A stretch of DNA of 64,000 bases from Bugula neritina (taxonomy: Eukaryota; Animalia; Bryozoa): NCBI GenBank assembly GCA_964035545.1, contig OZ037766.1, positions 13,568,722 to 13,632,721 on the forward strand, in the 5' to 3' direction. A program made the translations under genes and the position numbers. Below the pieces are notes generated by a model that was given only the letters and a program-made list of their open reading frames with translations, was not told the origin of the DNA and made no database searches. Positions 35,001 to 47,978 of the stretch are shown here, in pieces (within the stretch, counting starts at the first letter, position 1; each line of letters begins with the position of its first letter).

Positions 35001-38000
35001 TAGCAAAAGAAATCATTGTTAATGAAGTTCAATTCCTGAAGCAGATTCGTGTTATTAACCTGGTTGTTTGTGACATGGAAGAGTTTAAGTACCACTGATC
35101 TGTTGAGCAATGCAAAAATGCTCTAATGGTTGAAAACTGGAGTAGCTGGTTTTATCATATTTCACTAAAAGTATATATAACTTTAATGTTTGTTAAAAAT
35201 AGAGTAAGCATGCTCCTGAGATTTCCATGTGGATTCTATAGAGATAAGTTATGAGAACTTCAAAAATATTGCTTTAGATCTAAAAGTTAAAAATGGATGC
35301 CATTTTCATTCACCTTATAGATGTTAACATTGGTTTATAATATGTTATACAAAAATTTAGTACATAAAACTATGTTGTTTAGCCAGTGGTGTTGTCGTAG
35401 TAACTATTGTAACTACAGCCACTGTTTCAGTGGTGGATAAAATTTTGATTTGGTTGCATTAAGCCATTCAGCTAAAAGTTATCTTGGAGATATGTATGTA
35501 GTTGGTTTTGCATGACTATCTTTCAGTTATGTATTGTTTAAAATTAAATCTTCAGTTATCATTTTGTAAATATGTGTATTTTAATATTTATTAGTTAAAA
35601 ACCCTTTATCTATTCACTTGCACCAACAGGTCGAAATTACTGCCAAGTGTGAGCTGGATTTAGTAAAGCTCATATATAGTCTTATAATAACTACTCTACT
35701 ATTTTTCACTATTACACATTTAATTGCTCTTATAGCTTGGTCATACCTTGTTTCACTTTGATAATACCTAATTAATGTTTTTTTTTGCTTTTTTCATGAA
35801 TTATTTTAAATGTAGGAAAACATCAAATGATTTACTTTTGAAATTTAACTTTGTATGTTGCCAGACATATAGTAATTATTAACACAATTTACACTTTCTG
35901 TGGGAATATGGATAATTGAAGACTCTAAAATCTATCCATGTTGCAGGTGAGGAAACTGAGGAGGAGAAAGAAAAGAAAAAGCTCAAAGAGAAAGCTAGAG
36001 AGGAATTCTTTGCTGCTATCAAGTTTGAAGGTATGAGTTAAGATTTTTAGCAAACTACGTAGTTCACTTCTGGTGGTCTGATCGCTTACATGTATTATAA
36101 TTAATATCTTGATAAATACACTTAGCTCGATATCTAACAGAATGTGGTTGATATGTTATTCTCCTACTTTTCACAAACAGTTCTCATTTTTTGCACAAGT
36201 TCAAGATTGAAAGTTTCCTGTGTGTTGAATAAGCACTTGCACATCTTTAGTTATGTTGTTTTATTTTGGCTCATCAAGTGGTTTATTGATTTGTAATTTT
36301 AAGAATATACTGCTACTGATAGATTTATATTATGTTATCTCTTTCAATGCAGAAAGTGCTTGTAAGACCAGACTGGAGCTCATTAAGTTGGTAGCCGTTA
36401 AAAGTCTAAACGATTTGAAGAACAAAGCAGACGATGTTTACAAAGATCTCAATGATTGGCTAGGAGCCAGATTTCTCAAAGAGATTGAAAGGTACTCATT
36501 CACTCGCAGCACACAGGAACAAATTATAGATATAAATATAAAACATACTTGATAAAAAGATATTAAAAGATTTAGTGCAGTATATTAGTTCATACGTCTG
36601 TCACTTGGATCTCAAGGAAAGACTGTTCGTATAATTATCGAGCCCAATAGATGATTTTTTTCGTTACTGTTGGACTTCTCAATGGTATGCTGATCCAGTA
36701 TCATTATAGCGTAGTTTGATAGTAGTAAAGAAATGAATGGCTAAATTTTTTTGCAAACATACGTTAGTGGAGATTTATAAATTTTTCAAGCTTGTCTGTG
36801 CTCTCTTTTGTGATCGGACTAGTCACTAGACTATGCAGAGGCTGCATACGTAATGATGAGAATATATGAGCTATATAGAATGTCAGCAGACACTGTTCAT
36901 TAACCCCCATTCTCTTTAGTATAATAATCTGTTAAATACAGTTATATTACCACACCATTGTGTGTTAATACAGCCTTCATTCTTGTTATGATGTAGCATT
37001 GATCATATGTCTGAAAAGATGAGGCATGCTATTGAGAGTCGAAACAAGTTGAAGGAGCAGATAATTCTTGTGCAAGAAGACTTCCTCATTGCTGAGGTAC
37101 GTTGTGAACACATGTGTTGGTGCATTGAATATATATGACTTTGTAAAGTAAAACATGTGTTTTTACATTGAATTGTTACATTGAATGTATGTGTTAGTTA
37201 ATTATATGCAATTTTGTGTGTCTAATAAGTTATGCTTTGCCGCTAGCTACTGCCAGCCAGGTGTTAGTTGTGTTATGAATTTGTTTTTTGCTCTAAGTTT
37301 AGAATGTGTGTGTATAATTTGTGTATGTAGTATGTGTAGTGTGTGTATAGTATGTGTATAATATGTGTATAGGGTATGTGTAGTATGTGTATAGTGTGTG
37401 TGTGTATAGTGTGTGATCATGTTTGTAAGTTACTATAAGTTAATTCTGTCCTCAGGATGTTTACTTAGAGGTAAGGTTCCAAGGTTAAGTCTGAGGACAT
37501 CAAATCACGTACATCATTTCTGCCCTCCCTGAATATAATCACTAAATCTTATTATTTAGTTCCCAACCACATGACGTCTGCATGCTAATTAGTTTACTAC
37601 AAAATAGTAATATATTTCTTACACATAGTTCCCAATATGGATAGCAAGTTTACCATTTTTAATTTGCCATTGTTACTTATTTTTAAAGTTTTCGCTATCT
37701 GCTTTTGTATTTTATAAATAAAACACTCATTGTTAACTTCAGTTGTTGAAGGGAGTTTTGTTGTGGCATGAGCATGTGTACAGTATTAGCTGTCTTTCCT
37801 TTCAGGACGTGAAGACAATGCGGACACCGAGTCCTCCGCCCCGCCCCCCACCATTAGAACCTTCTCACTCTGAGTATTTTACCATTACTCAGCTGCTTTC
37901 ATTATATACACAGGTATCTATCAGTGTGTATGAATATATGATAGCTTTACTATTATCAATATATTATTTCCTATACACTTAACATTACCTTGGTACAGAT

Positions 38001-41000
38001 CACTTACTCTACATTCTATACAAGATTAAATGATATCTTTTCAATGCTTTTGTAAATGTTTTTGTTGCACTTTTTTGGGGAATTTTTTTCACATTATGTG
38101 AGAATGAGCAAGGCTTTGCAGTGAAACAGAGAAATGGTAAATGGCACGAGGCTTGAGTGTTTGCAAATTAGTATATTCTGCCAACCTGTGTTAGACAGTT
38201 GAATGTATCTAATTGTAGTTCACACTAGTGGCTCATGACGGAGTCATATCTGTGAAGAGTTTTATAGACATATTCAATGAGTTCACCTCGCTGACTCATG
38301 GCATGGAAATGCTGCCAGACTACTGGATGAACATTCAGCTGCCTCAGGTTAGCTTCACACCAGAAGTCTTTTATGACTAAGTTGTAATAATTTGTGACGG
38401 TTCCCAAGCCGCTGCTTTACATGCACTAAATGTATGTCTGTTACATGCCATGTTTTACAAAGTTATGCATTAGAAGTATTGCAGTGAAGAGTTATCTCTA
38501 CTTGTAATAAATCTTCAAACTCACTAACTGGTAGTATAATTTAAACTTAGAGATTGTGTACATTCTCTCATTGCTGAGTGAAATTGGGTATAATTGGTGT
38601 GAAAAACCCAAGTATTCCATTAATTTGAAAACTTTCTAAAAAATATGTATCAGTAGTATGACAGGCTCGTCCGCACACGTTAGTTATGTTAGCATATAAA
38701 ATAACTTTGAGATAAGAAAATATGAATTATTTTATTTTTTTGGTGATTGGAAATGTTGCAGCTTCAAGATTTGGCTTCCATGCTATCATTTGATGGAGAA
38801 TATATAAATTGGAAGTCCTTCATCGTCGCTGTGGCCCAGCCAATTGCACTGCCTACTAATGATGAACTTATGGAAACCCTTGCTAAGTTTAAAGAGATGG
38901 ACCAAAGGAGTATGGGCTATGTGACAAGAGAACAATATGATAAGGTAGAATCTGGTACACATGGGCAACCTAGCATATCTTTTACATCAAAAACTCTTTG
39001 CATACAGTTGAATGGCTACAATACAACTATAGTAGCATTGATAATAAAGTAGATTGTGAACACTGTAGTTGCGTGGTGACATGTATTGTGGGCTCATACT
39101 GCAAGTTCTAAGGGAAACATAATTGTATTGAGTATATAGGTCTTGTACGGAGATTTTAGCCATTGAAGTGTTTCTTTGGTAATACCTGATCATCCCAGCT
39201 TCTTGCCATTCTGCATAGCACTGTGTGTTGGCCTCTTTTACTATGGAAATCAAACACTTAATAGACTATAAGCATTCAGCATCTAGTTAGTACTGTAGAA
39301 CATTATTTGAATAGTTTTGATAAAAACACACGTTGTGAAAGTTTGGCTACTTTTTAGACTACTTGAAAAGTTTTTTAATTTAAATGTCAACTAACTTTAC
39401 AAATTATGAAATTTATTAGAGAAGTTGAGAACAATTTGGTTAAAATTATGTTCTTCAGTGCTCAGTATTCCAAAAAAAGAGCTGCAAGCCCTCTACCTAA
39501 AATACATTCATAATTAAAACCTGCACAACAATATTGACAGACACTTCTTAAACTTCAAACACAAAACATTAATCTCCTAGCCATTGTCAAGTAGTCAAGT
39601 TAGTTCACCATGCAGATCTTGTAGATAGTTTATATGCCGTTCAATAATGACAGGTATTTATATTGGATTCATTGGGTCTGCTGTAGATTAACTTGTGGTT
39701 TAGCACAGCAGGAAATGAGTCACCAACTGACCTAAGCCAACCCTGTCAATACAATCGATTAGAAAACTTGAAGAACTCATTATTCAATTTCTTTGCCCTT
39801 CATGACGAATCTCCATCTAAGCTCTTCTATAAAGAAATGGTAAGTCATCTATAACATGTTCTATGAAATACTTGATGATCGTACGTCTGTAGAATATAGT
39901 AAATTTGTATACTGTTACTGCTTCAAAACTGCAAGAATGATATCTTGAAGGAATTGTCGTTGGTGTTGGATGTTACAAACGTTGTACCATTACATACCCG
40001 TTATTCTGTATGTTGTAGCTAATGTACTTCAGCGTCTCATCAGATGCTTATGAAGGATTTCTGAGAGCCCTTAGCGTTGTGTCTGAAAAACTGATAAACA
40101 TGGAGGACCCTGTTAGCGACGTCCCTGTGTATGTTAACTATCTGTATGAGGTGCTCCACCACGGCGAGGGGTACCAGGGTAGTGGTGACAGTCACAGGTT
40201 TGCTCTCCCTCCGGAACAGGAAAAGACTCTACCACTGGTGAGTGCATGTGCACTTACCCTGTACCTACTGTATGTCTTGTAGAAATAGCATACAGTAACT
40301 CATCACAGTTTTCTAACATTCTTTGTCAATATGGTGCACTGTGTATTAGTATATGTAGTATTATATATAAACATTTCTAATTAGCTTAAAATTTTCATAT
40401 GGAATAAAATTTCAAAAAGCATATTTGAAATATTCCATAAATGAAAAATTAATTTTTCAACTTGATTTTCTTAGTCATCTTCTCGCTGAAAAATTAATTC
40501 AAAAATTTAACTTTTTTTTCTCGTTTTAAATAAAACTATCATGATTTTGTAGCACAATAGCAGTACTAACAACAAAGTATTTGTAGGAAAAACTGCACGC
40601 TGTGTATGAAGAGTTGTGTGGTGATATAAATGCTGGAATCTCGTTCAGAGTACTGTATGAACATCCCATCATTCAAGACTGTGTTAGCAAGTTTACTAGA
40701 TTCAAACAAGTGGTAAATATACAAACTATATTACTACATTTGTTATCAGACTACAATCTAATAGAATATTTTGTCTATAGGCCCTTTTCAGAGGTCCCGA
40801 TATCCCCTTTACAATTAAGAGTTGTGTCCTCCCTAAGTGAATAAGATGAACCTTTGTATAAAAAGCAAACTCATCAAAAATTTTGAGTTTGGCTGCTACT
40901 TAAAGTTCTAATTATGCTATAGAATTGTTCTTTTAGGAGATGGATATTTTGGTATAAGCACACACATTTTGGTTACTGAGCAATGCTGAACTGGCACTCC

Positions 41001-41554
41001 AGCATTGCTCAGCAACCAAAACCACAAACATGAGTTCAAGTTTATTTTCTCCAACAATTTTCATTTTGGGAGAACACAACTCTTAATTGTAAAGGGGGTC
41101 TTGGGGATCTCTGAAAATGGGCTATTGACTTGCTGCTATATTGAGTGTAGATGTCAAATCGGTTTAAAAAAGTGTTTAATGAAGTTAAAAGTAATTGAGC
41201 AATGAAAATTGTTATACTTTGCATATAATTGATCTGTTTTGTTAAGGAGACATAGCCTTTGATCGTAAAATAAAATAACCGTCTTCGGGCTAAAGTTAAG
41301 TTGTATTGCTAAACTGATTTGCAGACTTAAAAATACAACTGACTGTATAGTCTATGTTACTAACGAATAGCGAGCGTATGAAACATCCCTTTCCTTAGAA
41401 TTAGTAAAACTATGATATTATAACATGTATGTACCATGTGAATGTAAATCTATTTCTTTCTATGTATATTATGTAGGATTTGCGAAGCGTTTTCAGTCCA
41501 ATGACTCCATCTGCTGACTTGGGATTTGTGGAGACAGCCAGCGTCAAAGAGTAG
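14066..41554 (+). CDS. SPEF2: Sperm flagellar protein 2 (KPL2; central-pair C1b protein with CH domain, adenylate-kinase-like P-loop, EF-hand region), ~1901 aa from 39 core exons
   Basis: N-terminus MTDILINWLNNDVKLSKKV-DSHSFAEDFANGYLLGEVLHKFQLQDDF..KLNNFTRVEP..ATKLMYQLFIAL matches SPEF2; P-loop GKSFSGKS; GWIIDGFPTTYTQA. Phase-consistent GT-AG exons: 14066-14123, 15075-15177, 15289-15541, 15869-16086, 16438-16528, 16803-16925, 17536-17691, 18630-18818, 18900-19058, 19139-19342, 19534-19650, 20191-20293, 21423-21557, 21807-21923, 22195-22366, 22787-22891, 24892-25061, 25539-25663, 25809-25961, 26396-26549, 27852-27974, 29031-29167, 29486-29680, 29814-30023, 30211-30382, 31295-31481, 32149-32252, 33101-33237, 34302-34518, 35947-36030, 36353-36491, 36997-37096, 37806-37913, 38219-38347, 38762-38944, 39687-39839, 40019-40237, 40587-40712, 41477-41554 (TAG). 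Confidence 0.95.
14320..14676. mobile_element. Foldback-like non-autonomous element in SPEF2 intron 1
   Basis: GGTAAAAATGGCACA subrepeats on the left, TGTGCCATTTTTACC subrepeats on the right, C-rich centre. Confidence 0.65.
18280..18585. repeat. Degenerate pentamer repeat (AATGC/AATAC/AGTGC)
   Basis: 5-nt periodicity, e.g. aatgc aatac agtgc aatgt. Confidence 0.7.
22372..22495. repeat. TACTAT-type low-complexity repeat
   Basis: Repeated ttactatatactgttactat units. Confidence 0.7.
23378..23843 (+). CDS. SPEF2: Optional SPEF2 exon (Pro/Ser/Thr-rich): cassette to 23839 or terminal to 23843
   Basis: ttcAG acceptor in phase 2 matching the upstream donor at 22891; open for 154 codons; ends AT|GTAAATAAA. 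Confidence 0.7.
25960..26083 (+). repeat. 4 x 31-bp minisatellite overlapping a SPEF2 splice donor
   Basis: Units GTGTAAGTGTTTCGGACATTATGTTTAAATA starting at 25960, 25991, 26022, 26053. Confidence 0.9.
26855..27065. repeat. ~21-bp minisatellite (CTAGGTCTAGTAGTCTATGTT)
   Basis: Tandem degenerate copies. Confidence 0.8.
30402..30863. mobile_element. Non-autonomous TIR element flanked by TTAA (Kolobok-like)
   Basis: Left TTAAGTTGCCTTTATACCT vs right (rc) TTAAAGTTGCGTTTATACCT. Confidence 0.6.
30901..31098 (-). mobile_element. tRNA-derived SINE, copy 1
   Basis: Reverse complement has A-box TGTGTAGTGG, B-box GGTTCAAGTCC, core GGTGATGTTAGGAAGAGCATCCAG and tail GTTCTCACAGGGAT; aligns with 59667-59882. 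Confidence 0.85.
32735..33090. repeat. ~21-bp AT-rich minisatellite (TATATTATATTCTGTATCATA)
   Basis: Tandem copies; source of spurious I/Y/F-rich ORFs. Confidence 0.9.
37305..37415. repeat. TG/TA-rich simple repeat
   Basis: gtatgtgtatagtgtgtg units. Confidence 0.75.
40780..41122. mobile_element. MITE in the last SPEF2 intron with ~60-bp TIRs and an internal hairpin
   Basis: GGCCCTTTTCAGAGGTCCC..CCCCTTTACAATTAAGAGTTGTG matches the reverse complement of 41061-41122; TA on both flanks; internal stem TTTGGTTACTGAGCAATGCTG/CAGCATTGCTCAGCAACCAAA at ~40968-41020. Confidence 0.8.
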
Positions 41555-41780
41555 AATTTTATATATATATGCTCTTTGTTCTATACACTACTTTTCTGTC
41601 AATGTTCATCTCATGATTTTATCAAGGTTCTGTTTACAAAGCCTCTGTTATGAAATCCGTCCATTTTTTAATAAGATATGAGCTATATTTACTATGTAGT
41701 TATATTTATTAACATATATAGCGATTTATGTTTTAATTTATTTTTTAGTAAAAAATATTTTTGTTCTATTTTTGACATGT

Positions 41781-41786
41781 AATAAA
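41781..41786 (+). terminator. Candidate SPEF2 polyadenylation signal
   Basis: First AATAAA ~230 nt after the stop codon. Confidence 0.5.
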
Positions 41787-42837
41787 ATTTCAACTAAATA
41801 ACTTGATGGAAAGTTTTGGTTACTATTCCATACAATTTTAAATTAGCAAAATGGTTTAGTGAGTTGCTTCTACGCTGGTAGTTTATCTAACTCAATGCTG
41901 ATAGTGTCTAATCAAGATGCACGTCAATTGCACAATAAATTTGCATTCTTGATTTGATTTTCCACAATCTGAGCATGCTTAATTATATAGCAGGTTGAAA
42001 CAGTTGGAAAACCGAGTCATAATGTTATAAAGTTGGCAGTGAGACAGTTAACCACCCGAAATGATATAATAATGATAACACTTGCATGCCTTAGTTATTT
42101 GTCAGGTGATCACAAAAATAGAGTTCTGTCAAGTGGCTAATACTGGTACTGAAGCATGCTGTAGTGTTAAATTAGGTGGATAAAAACATCTTATTCCTCA
42201 GTCTATGCTGTCCGCTTATGGAAGTTTTCAAAAGCTAAAGTGGCAAAATGTCTTGCACTTTTTTAACATTAAAGTCTGTGTTGGGTTTGTAGGCGGAATG
42301 GAGCCATCACTTATTGAACATATTTTTCAATGTCATTGGAGATGCGGTAATTGTAGCAATACAACTTTGTATTCCATCAATAAATTAATCTTTGCTGTCT
42401 AACAAGTCACAAAAATTATAAGAAAAATGAGGTAAGTTATAGCTGTACATCATGTCACAAAATAAAAACAAATATATGTATTCAAAGTTTACTCTGCCAG
42501 GTCATTGGTTTACCTTTTAAGAATAACCCAAATTATTACTGGTAATTTGGCTCTTTAGAAGTTTGGCTGGCTCAAAGGCAATAAAAGAATATTAATCTAT
42601 TTAAAAAAGCTTCTTATAATATTACTATTACCGTACCAAAACAAAACTAGTTTTCAATTGCAGTTTTGAACTGTTGCTAGGTGACTAATGTTTGTGAAAG
42701 CTACTACATACAGCTAATGATGTTTGATATACTAGGACAGCTCAAGTAATAAGAATCTGCATAAAAGTGTTTACTAAAATTATGTTTTTGGATTCAAATT
42801 AGTTCAAGAGGTTTGAAATCTCTGAGCATGCAGCAGT

Positions 42838-45800
42838 TTATAAGTAGTCTGTGTTATTAGACCTAGATACTGCCACCGTCTCAACGCCAGATGTTCCACC
42901 TCCAGCTCTTATCTGTACAACAGTTTGACTTCCTCCCTCTTCTAAGCATTCTTCATCAGAAATTAGAGTTTTGTCTAAGTTATTAATTCTCTCTAACTTT
43001 TTTCTGGCATTAATTTGCTCAGGGGTCATGCCACTCATCTGCAATGCATTCTGGGTAATAGCACCAAAGCTTTTCAATATAGTTTCATGATGTTCTTTTT
43101 CAAACCTTCTATTTTCAAAGTAGTACATAATTTTCTTTTTGACTTTATGAAATATCAGCATGCCAATGAAAGGAACCGGAGTAAAGAATAGTATAGCTAT
43201 TGCCCCTGCACACGCCATGTCAGAGTCTGGCTGACCCATGGTCAGCTTGGCGGCAGCAATCACAGCCAAACAGTTCATTATAGCTGCTTCAATGGCTACA
43301 CTCTTGGCTGACGCTTTCCCTTGCCTTACAATAAGAGTGAATCCTCCTCCTATACAGAATCCAAGAGACGGCATTAATCCTGCCATGGCTAGAGTTGTCT
43401 TATCCAGAACACTCATTGCATATATGTTTATATACACTCCCAGGGTGATAAATAGTATCATGAAGAGCAGAAGCAGCGGTTTGATTAGCCAGTTGAGTAT
43501 AGCTTCAGAAACAGACGGTTTAAAGTGTCTAGTTGTTACACCAAGTAAGTATGGAACTATGAGTATAGCTAAGCACATGACTATGTAGTGGGTAGGAATG
43601 GCTACTACTCCAATTCCATTCTCTAGCATATGTCCCAATGAGTAAATCCATAATGGAACAGCACCTGTAGAAAGTACCATTTTGATATACACATTACTGT
43701 ACTTTTTTATTCTTTGATGTTAGGCATGATATAGTTTATATATAGTATTTATGACATAGCTGGTTATTTGTACTTAATTTGACTGTTTTTAACCTCATAA
43801 TTACTCAAAACTAACATAAAGTATATTAAATGAAGTTGGTATTTGTCTGTCAAGATCTATAATACATACAATATCACACATGATCATGTATCATACACAA
43901 CAAGGACACATATATACCATACAATATCATACAATACCACATGCTGTAATACACATGTTGTAATCTTGAATACCCTTCCTTACCCAGTGGGACAAATATC
44001 TGCATAAAGTTAATGGCTACGCTGAGCTCTGTGTTGGCGTTGCCAGTCACGAGTACTATAAGGTGACCCAGACCACCTCCAGGCACGCAGGAACACAGAA
44101 GCATGCCGACTGCTATCTCTGGAGATATGTTTCCCACATTTACCAAACCAAATGTCAGCTGTAATACAGTGAGAGAAATAATCAAGATTAAAACTAATTC
44201 TTGCAATGCGCTGTAGGTTTTGACCGTACACTGTAAGTTTTGATTGTGTACTGCAGATGTTGACTGTACACTATAGGTATTAACTGGGCACTGTAGGTGT
44301 TGACTGTACATTGCAAGTGTTGGCTGTACATTGCAAGTGTTAATCGTACACTGTAGTATTTGACTGTACACTGTTAGTGATAACTGTACACTGTAGGAGG
44401 TGGGTATTGACTGTGCACTGTAGGTGTTGACTGTACATTGCAAGTGTTGACTGTACACTGTAGATATCAAATGTGAACTGCAGGTATTGACTGTTGCCTA
44501 ATTACCTGTCATAATTATTAGAAGACAAACTACATTCTTTTATCCAATTATATGTCAACAAAGCTTGATCATTCTATAGAAGTTCAATTTGTTTTAAATT
44601 AGCTGCTATATGAGCTAATTTCCTGAAGAGTCTATGAAATTATATCATTGAATGCTTATAGACTTTTGCTTAATAAAGTGAGTAATCAAACCAACATGCC
44701 ATCAACCTATGCTTCATAGGCAAGTCATCAGCAAATAAATTCACAAAGCAGCAGATGGCGGATCTTAGTGCAAAATAAGAACTGACATCACTACCATACT
44801 GTATATAGCATCATATTGAGTATATATAACTGAGATCATAATCAATTTCTAGAACAGTTTGTGTGAACAACTGTTACATGATAAATGCAACACAAGTTTT
44901 ACTCTCATTATATTAGAGAAAGTCTGTGAGTTAATAGCTCAAGCTATTGTGCATAACTTAGCTTTTCTGTAATTGAATGTAGGAAACTATATTATCATAA
45001 TAAAAATAGAATAAAATTTTAATGGTACTTGTTTCCTACACATAAAAAAGTTTACTAGTGGAACTATTTGCTAAACTACTAGGTTAGTCAAGGTGAACTT
45101 CTACAAACTATTTCATGTCATTATATAACATATAGCCTTGTATAAAAGGCTGTTTGCATAATCATTTAGGTTGGGCATAAAATTTATAAACATAAGTATT
45201 GTAAAACTCTATGATACTATACTAGAAAGAAGGCCAAACTCACCGCTGGAATTGCGAGATACTGTGTTCCTGCAGCCACACCAATCGGAACGTAGCTCTT
45301 TTTCAGCTGAGCTCTAAGAACTGCCACTTCTGCCAGACAACCAATAGCAAAGCTGTTCAACATACTTATTATGGTTATAGCAATCGTAAATCCAAGGTCA
45401 GCGGTTCTATAGCTGCGGATTGCTTTCACCCGATATTTATCCTGATAGATGATGGAAATGTTGTCTGCTTGGCGCTCTAGAATGTCTATGTGTATGTAAG
45501 GGTACCCAATGCTGGTTATGGAGAGTATGAAGCCATTTGCAACTAGAGTGTCATTTGGTCTAATAGACGCTGGCGCACCAATGTAGTCACCGTTACTTTT
45601 CAACTCCCAAAGTAGGTTGTATGATAAGTTGTATGTCTTTGAAAGCTCGTACTTTATACTTTGTGATGGTAACAGACTCATCATATTGGCTAGTTTTGGG
45701 TCTAATTTGTTAAAGGTTAGCCCGATGTAAAACCTATGTCCCCTATCTAGGAAATATCTAGCATAGTTCAACAGCTCTTTGGATAAATTTAAATGAACAA

Positions 45801-45984
45801 AAATGGTCGTAGAGACATTCAAGGGAGACAAGTCTGGCGGAGTGAATATTAGACTGGTTCCCAATTCGCTGTCATCTGTTGCCAGTGACGTGGTTGTCTC
45901 ATGTGTTGCGGTTTCCAAGCTTTTTATAGAGTCTATTCTAAACACCAAGACTGCTGTTAGGACAAGTGCACTTAGCTGAATCAT
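42838..45984 (-). CDS. SLC10 (sodium/bile-acid symporter family) member with signal peptide and long N-terminal ectodomain (P3/SLC10A3-5-like architecture), 580 aa
   Basis: Phase-consistent exons 45984-45244, 44158-43984, 43664-42838; motifs FAIGC, GTQYLAIP, GMLLCSCVPGGG, LSVAINF, PLWIYSLG, KSVAIE; hydrophobic start MIQLSALVLTAVLVF. Confidence 0.9.
44205..44495. repeat. 21-bp minisatellite (CTGTAGGTGTTGACTGTACAC) in an SLC10 intron
   Basis: ~13 degenerate tandem copies. Confidence 0.9.
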
Positions 45985-47122
45985 ACTGAAGTCACAAGAG
46001 TTGGTGTCTGTGAGAAGAGTCAATGTTCTTTATGTGAATGTCTGCAAATAGACATAAGGTATCTAGCATTGCAATATGCGTAATCAACAGCATAATAATA
46101 AGTATGTGCATAGTTTAGCAATTTATTGTCATTCATAGCATCGAGCAGTTATTATAGCTTTTACACGTTTGCTTTTAAATGAACATTTTTAACATGAGAC
46201 AATAGCTATCGCTGACATTCATTAGCCTTAGAAATTAAAGTGGTGAAATTAAATTAAAATGATGGCAATTTGCGAGTAATAAACTGTAAGACTTGTTCTT
46301 CTAGTCATTTCAGCAAATTATTTCAATACAATGTTTTAATTATAAAAAGACGTAATTGAAAGGGAAACCTGGTTCAGCGAGATTACATAAATTGTTGGCA
46401 ATCTGTATGGACAATTTCTATTTAGCCAGTATTTATATCTATATTTACTATGTTATTAGTTTATGTTATTTATTTATGCAATACCTTCCATTATTGCAGC
46501 AAATAAAAAATTAATGTTGTTTTAAATTCTAACAGTAAATTGGCACTAGTTCCTTCTTTGCTAAACTCACTGAATATTGTGCAGCAGAAGTAAAAGTTAG
46601 ACAACCAATAGCAGCCACAAAAAGCTACAACTACTCGCTCAGTACATTCAGTCAAACCTTACTATAGGCGTTGGCTAAACTTGGATAATCTACTTTTCAT
46701 TAGCATTCTTTTATGTACATTATATTTTTTTAGCACTTAAGTTGTCTTGGGTTTTTATGTAATGTTATAGTTCACATAGTTGTAATGCAAGAAAAAACAA
46801 TGCTACAGGCTGTGGTTGGTTTAATTGCAACAAATTATAAGAGCTGTGAGATAGCATAAATGCATTTCTACTTGTTAAAGTTGGGACTCAAGTGGTATGC
46901 TACAATAAAACTGCCTACATTAATTCAGATTCAGCGAGTCAAAAATTTAATGTAGAAGAAATTCAGATCCAGATAGCAACTTTCAGTACATCAACTTCTA
47001 TAGACTTGAAAGAAGAGCACAAGCCTTTAACTTTTTATCATTTTATGAGTACTATGTAGCCTACTCAAGACTATAAAATAACAATTCCATGGAAAAGTTT
47101 CCTCTACTATTTATCTACTTAG

Positions 47123-47124
<2 letters not shown>

Positions 47125-47158
<34 letters not shown>

Positions 47159-47786
47159 CACACACAACACACACACAACACACACACAACACACACACAA
47201 CACACACACACAACACACACACAACACACACACAACACACACAACACACACACAACACACACACAACACACACACAACACACACACAACACACACACAAC
47301 ACACACACAACACACACACAACACACACAACACACACAACACACACAACACACACACACACAACACACACACACACAACACACACACAACACACACAACA
47401 CACACAACACACACACACACAACACACACACAACACACACAACACACACACACAACACACACACAACACACACACAACACACACACAACACACACACAAC
47501 ACACACACAACACACACACAACACACACACAACACACACAACACACACACAACACACACACACAACACACACACAACACACACACACACACAACACACAC
47601 ACAACACACAACACACACACAACACACAACACACACAACACACAACACACACAACACACAACACACACACAACACACACACACACACAACACACACAACA
47701 CACACACAACACACACAACACACACACAACACACACAACTCACACAACACACACACACAACACACACACACACACACAACACACAC

Positions 47787-47817
<31 letters not shown>

Positions 47818-47830
47818 CACACATACACAC
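47125..47830. repeat. ~700-bp compound (CA)n/CAA microsatellite
   Basis: Almost exclusively C and A. Confidence 0.97.
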
Positions 47831-47935
47831 AAATTAGTCCTTGACCGCAGAGTAATGATGGTTGCATGAACACATAGCCTTATATCTCTAAACTATTAAT
47901 CTATCAAAGATATTATGATATCTCATTACAAGACT

Positions 47936-47978
47936 AGCACAGTTGTTGACCACTTGAAAAGTGGTCAACAACTGTGCT
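47936..47978. repeat. Perfect 20-bp inverted repeat with GAA loop
   Basis: AGCACAGTTGTTGACCACTT-GAA-AAGTGGTCAACAACTGTGCT. Confidence 0.95.

Noticed and set aside
35630-35680. Apparent duplicate of SPEF2 exon 36353 (EITAKCELDLVKL vs ESACKTRLELIKL)
   Set aside because: Short similarity, wrong phase and order, no convincing donor
43238-43588. Plus-strand hydrophobic ORF
   Set aside because: Antisense shadow of the SLC10 last exon
47089-47873. His/Thr-rich and Cys/Val-rich ORFs of 205-252 aa
   Set aside because: Translations of a stop-free CA microsatellite
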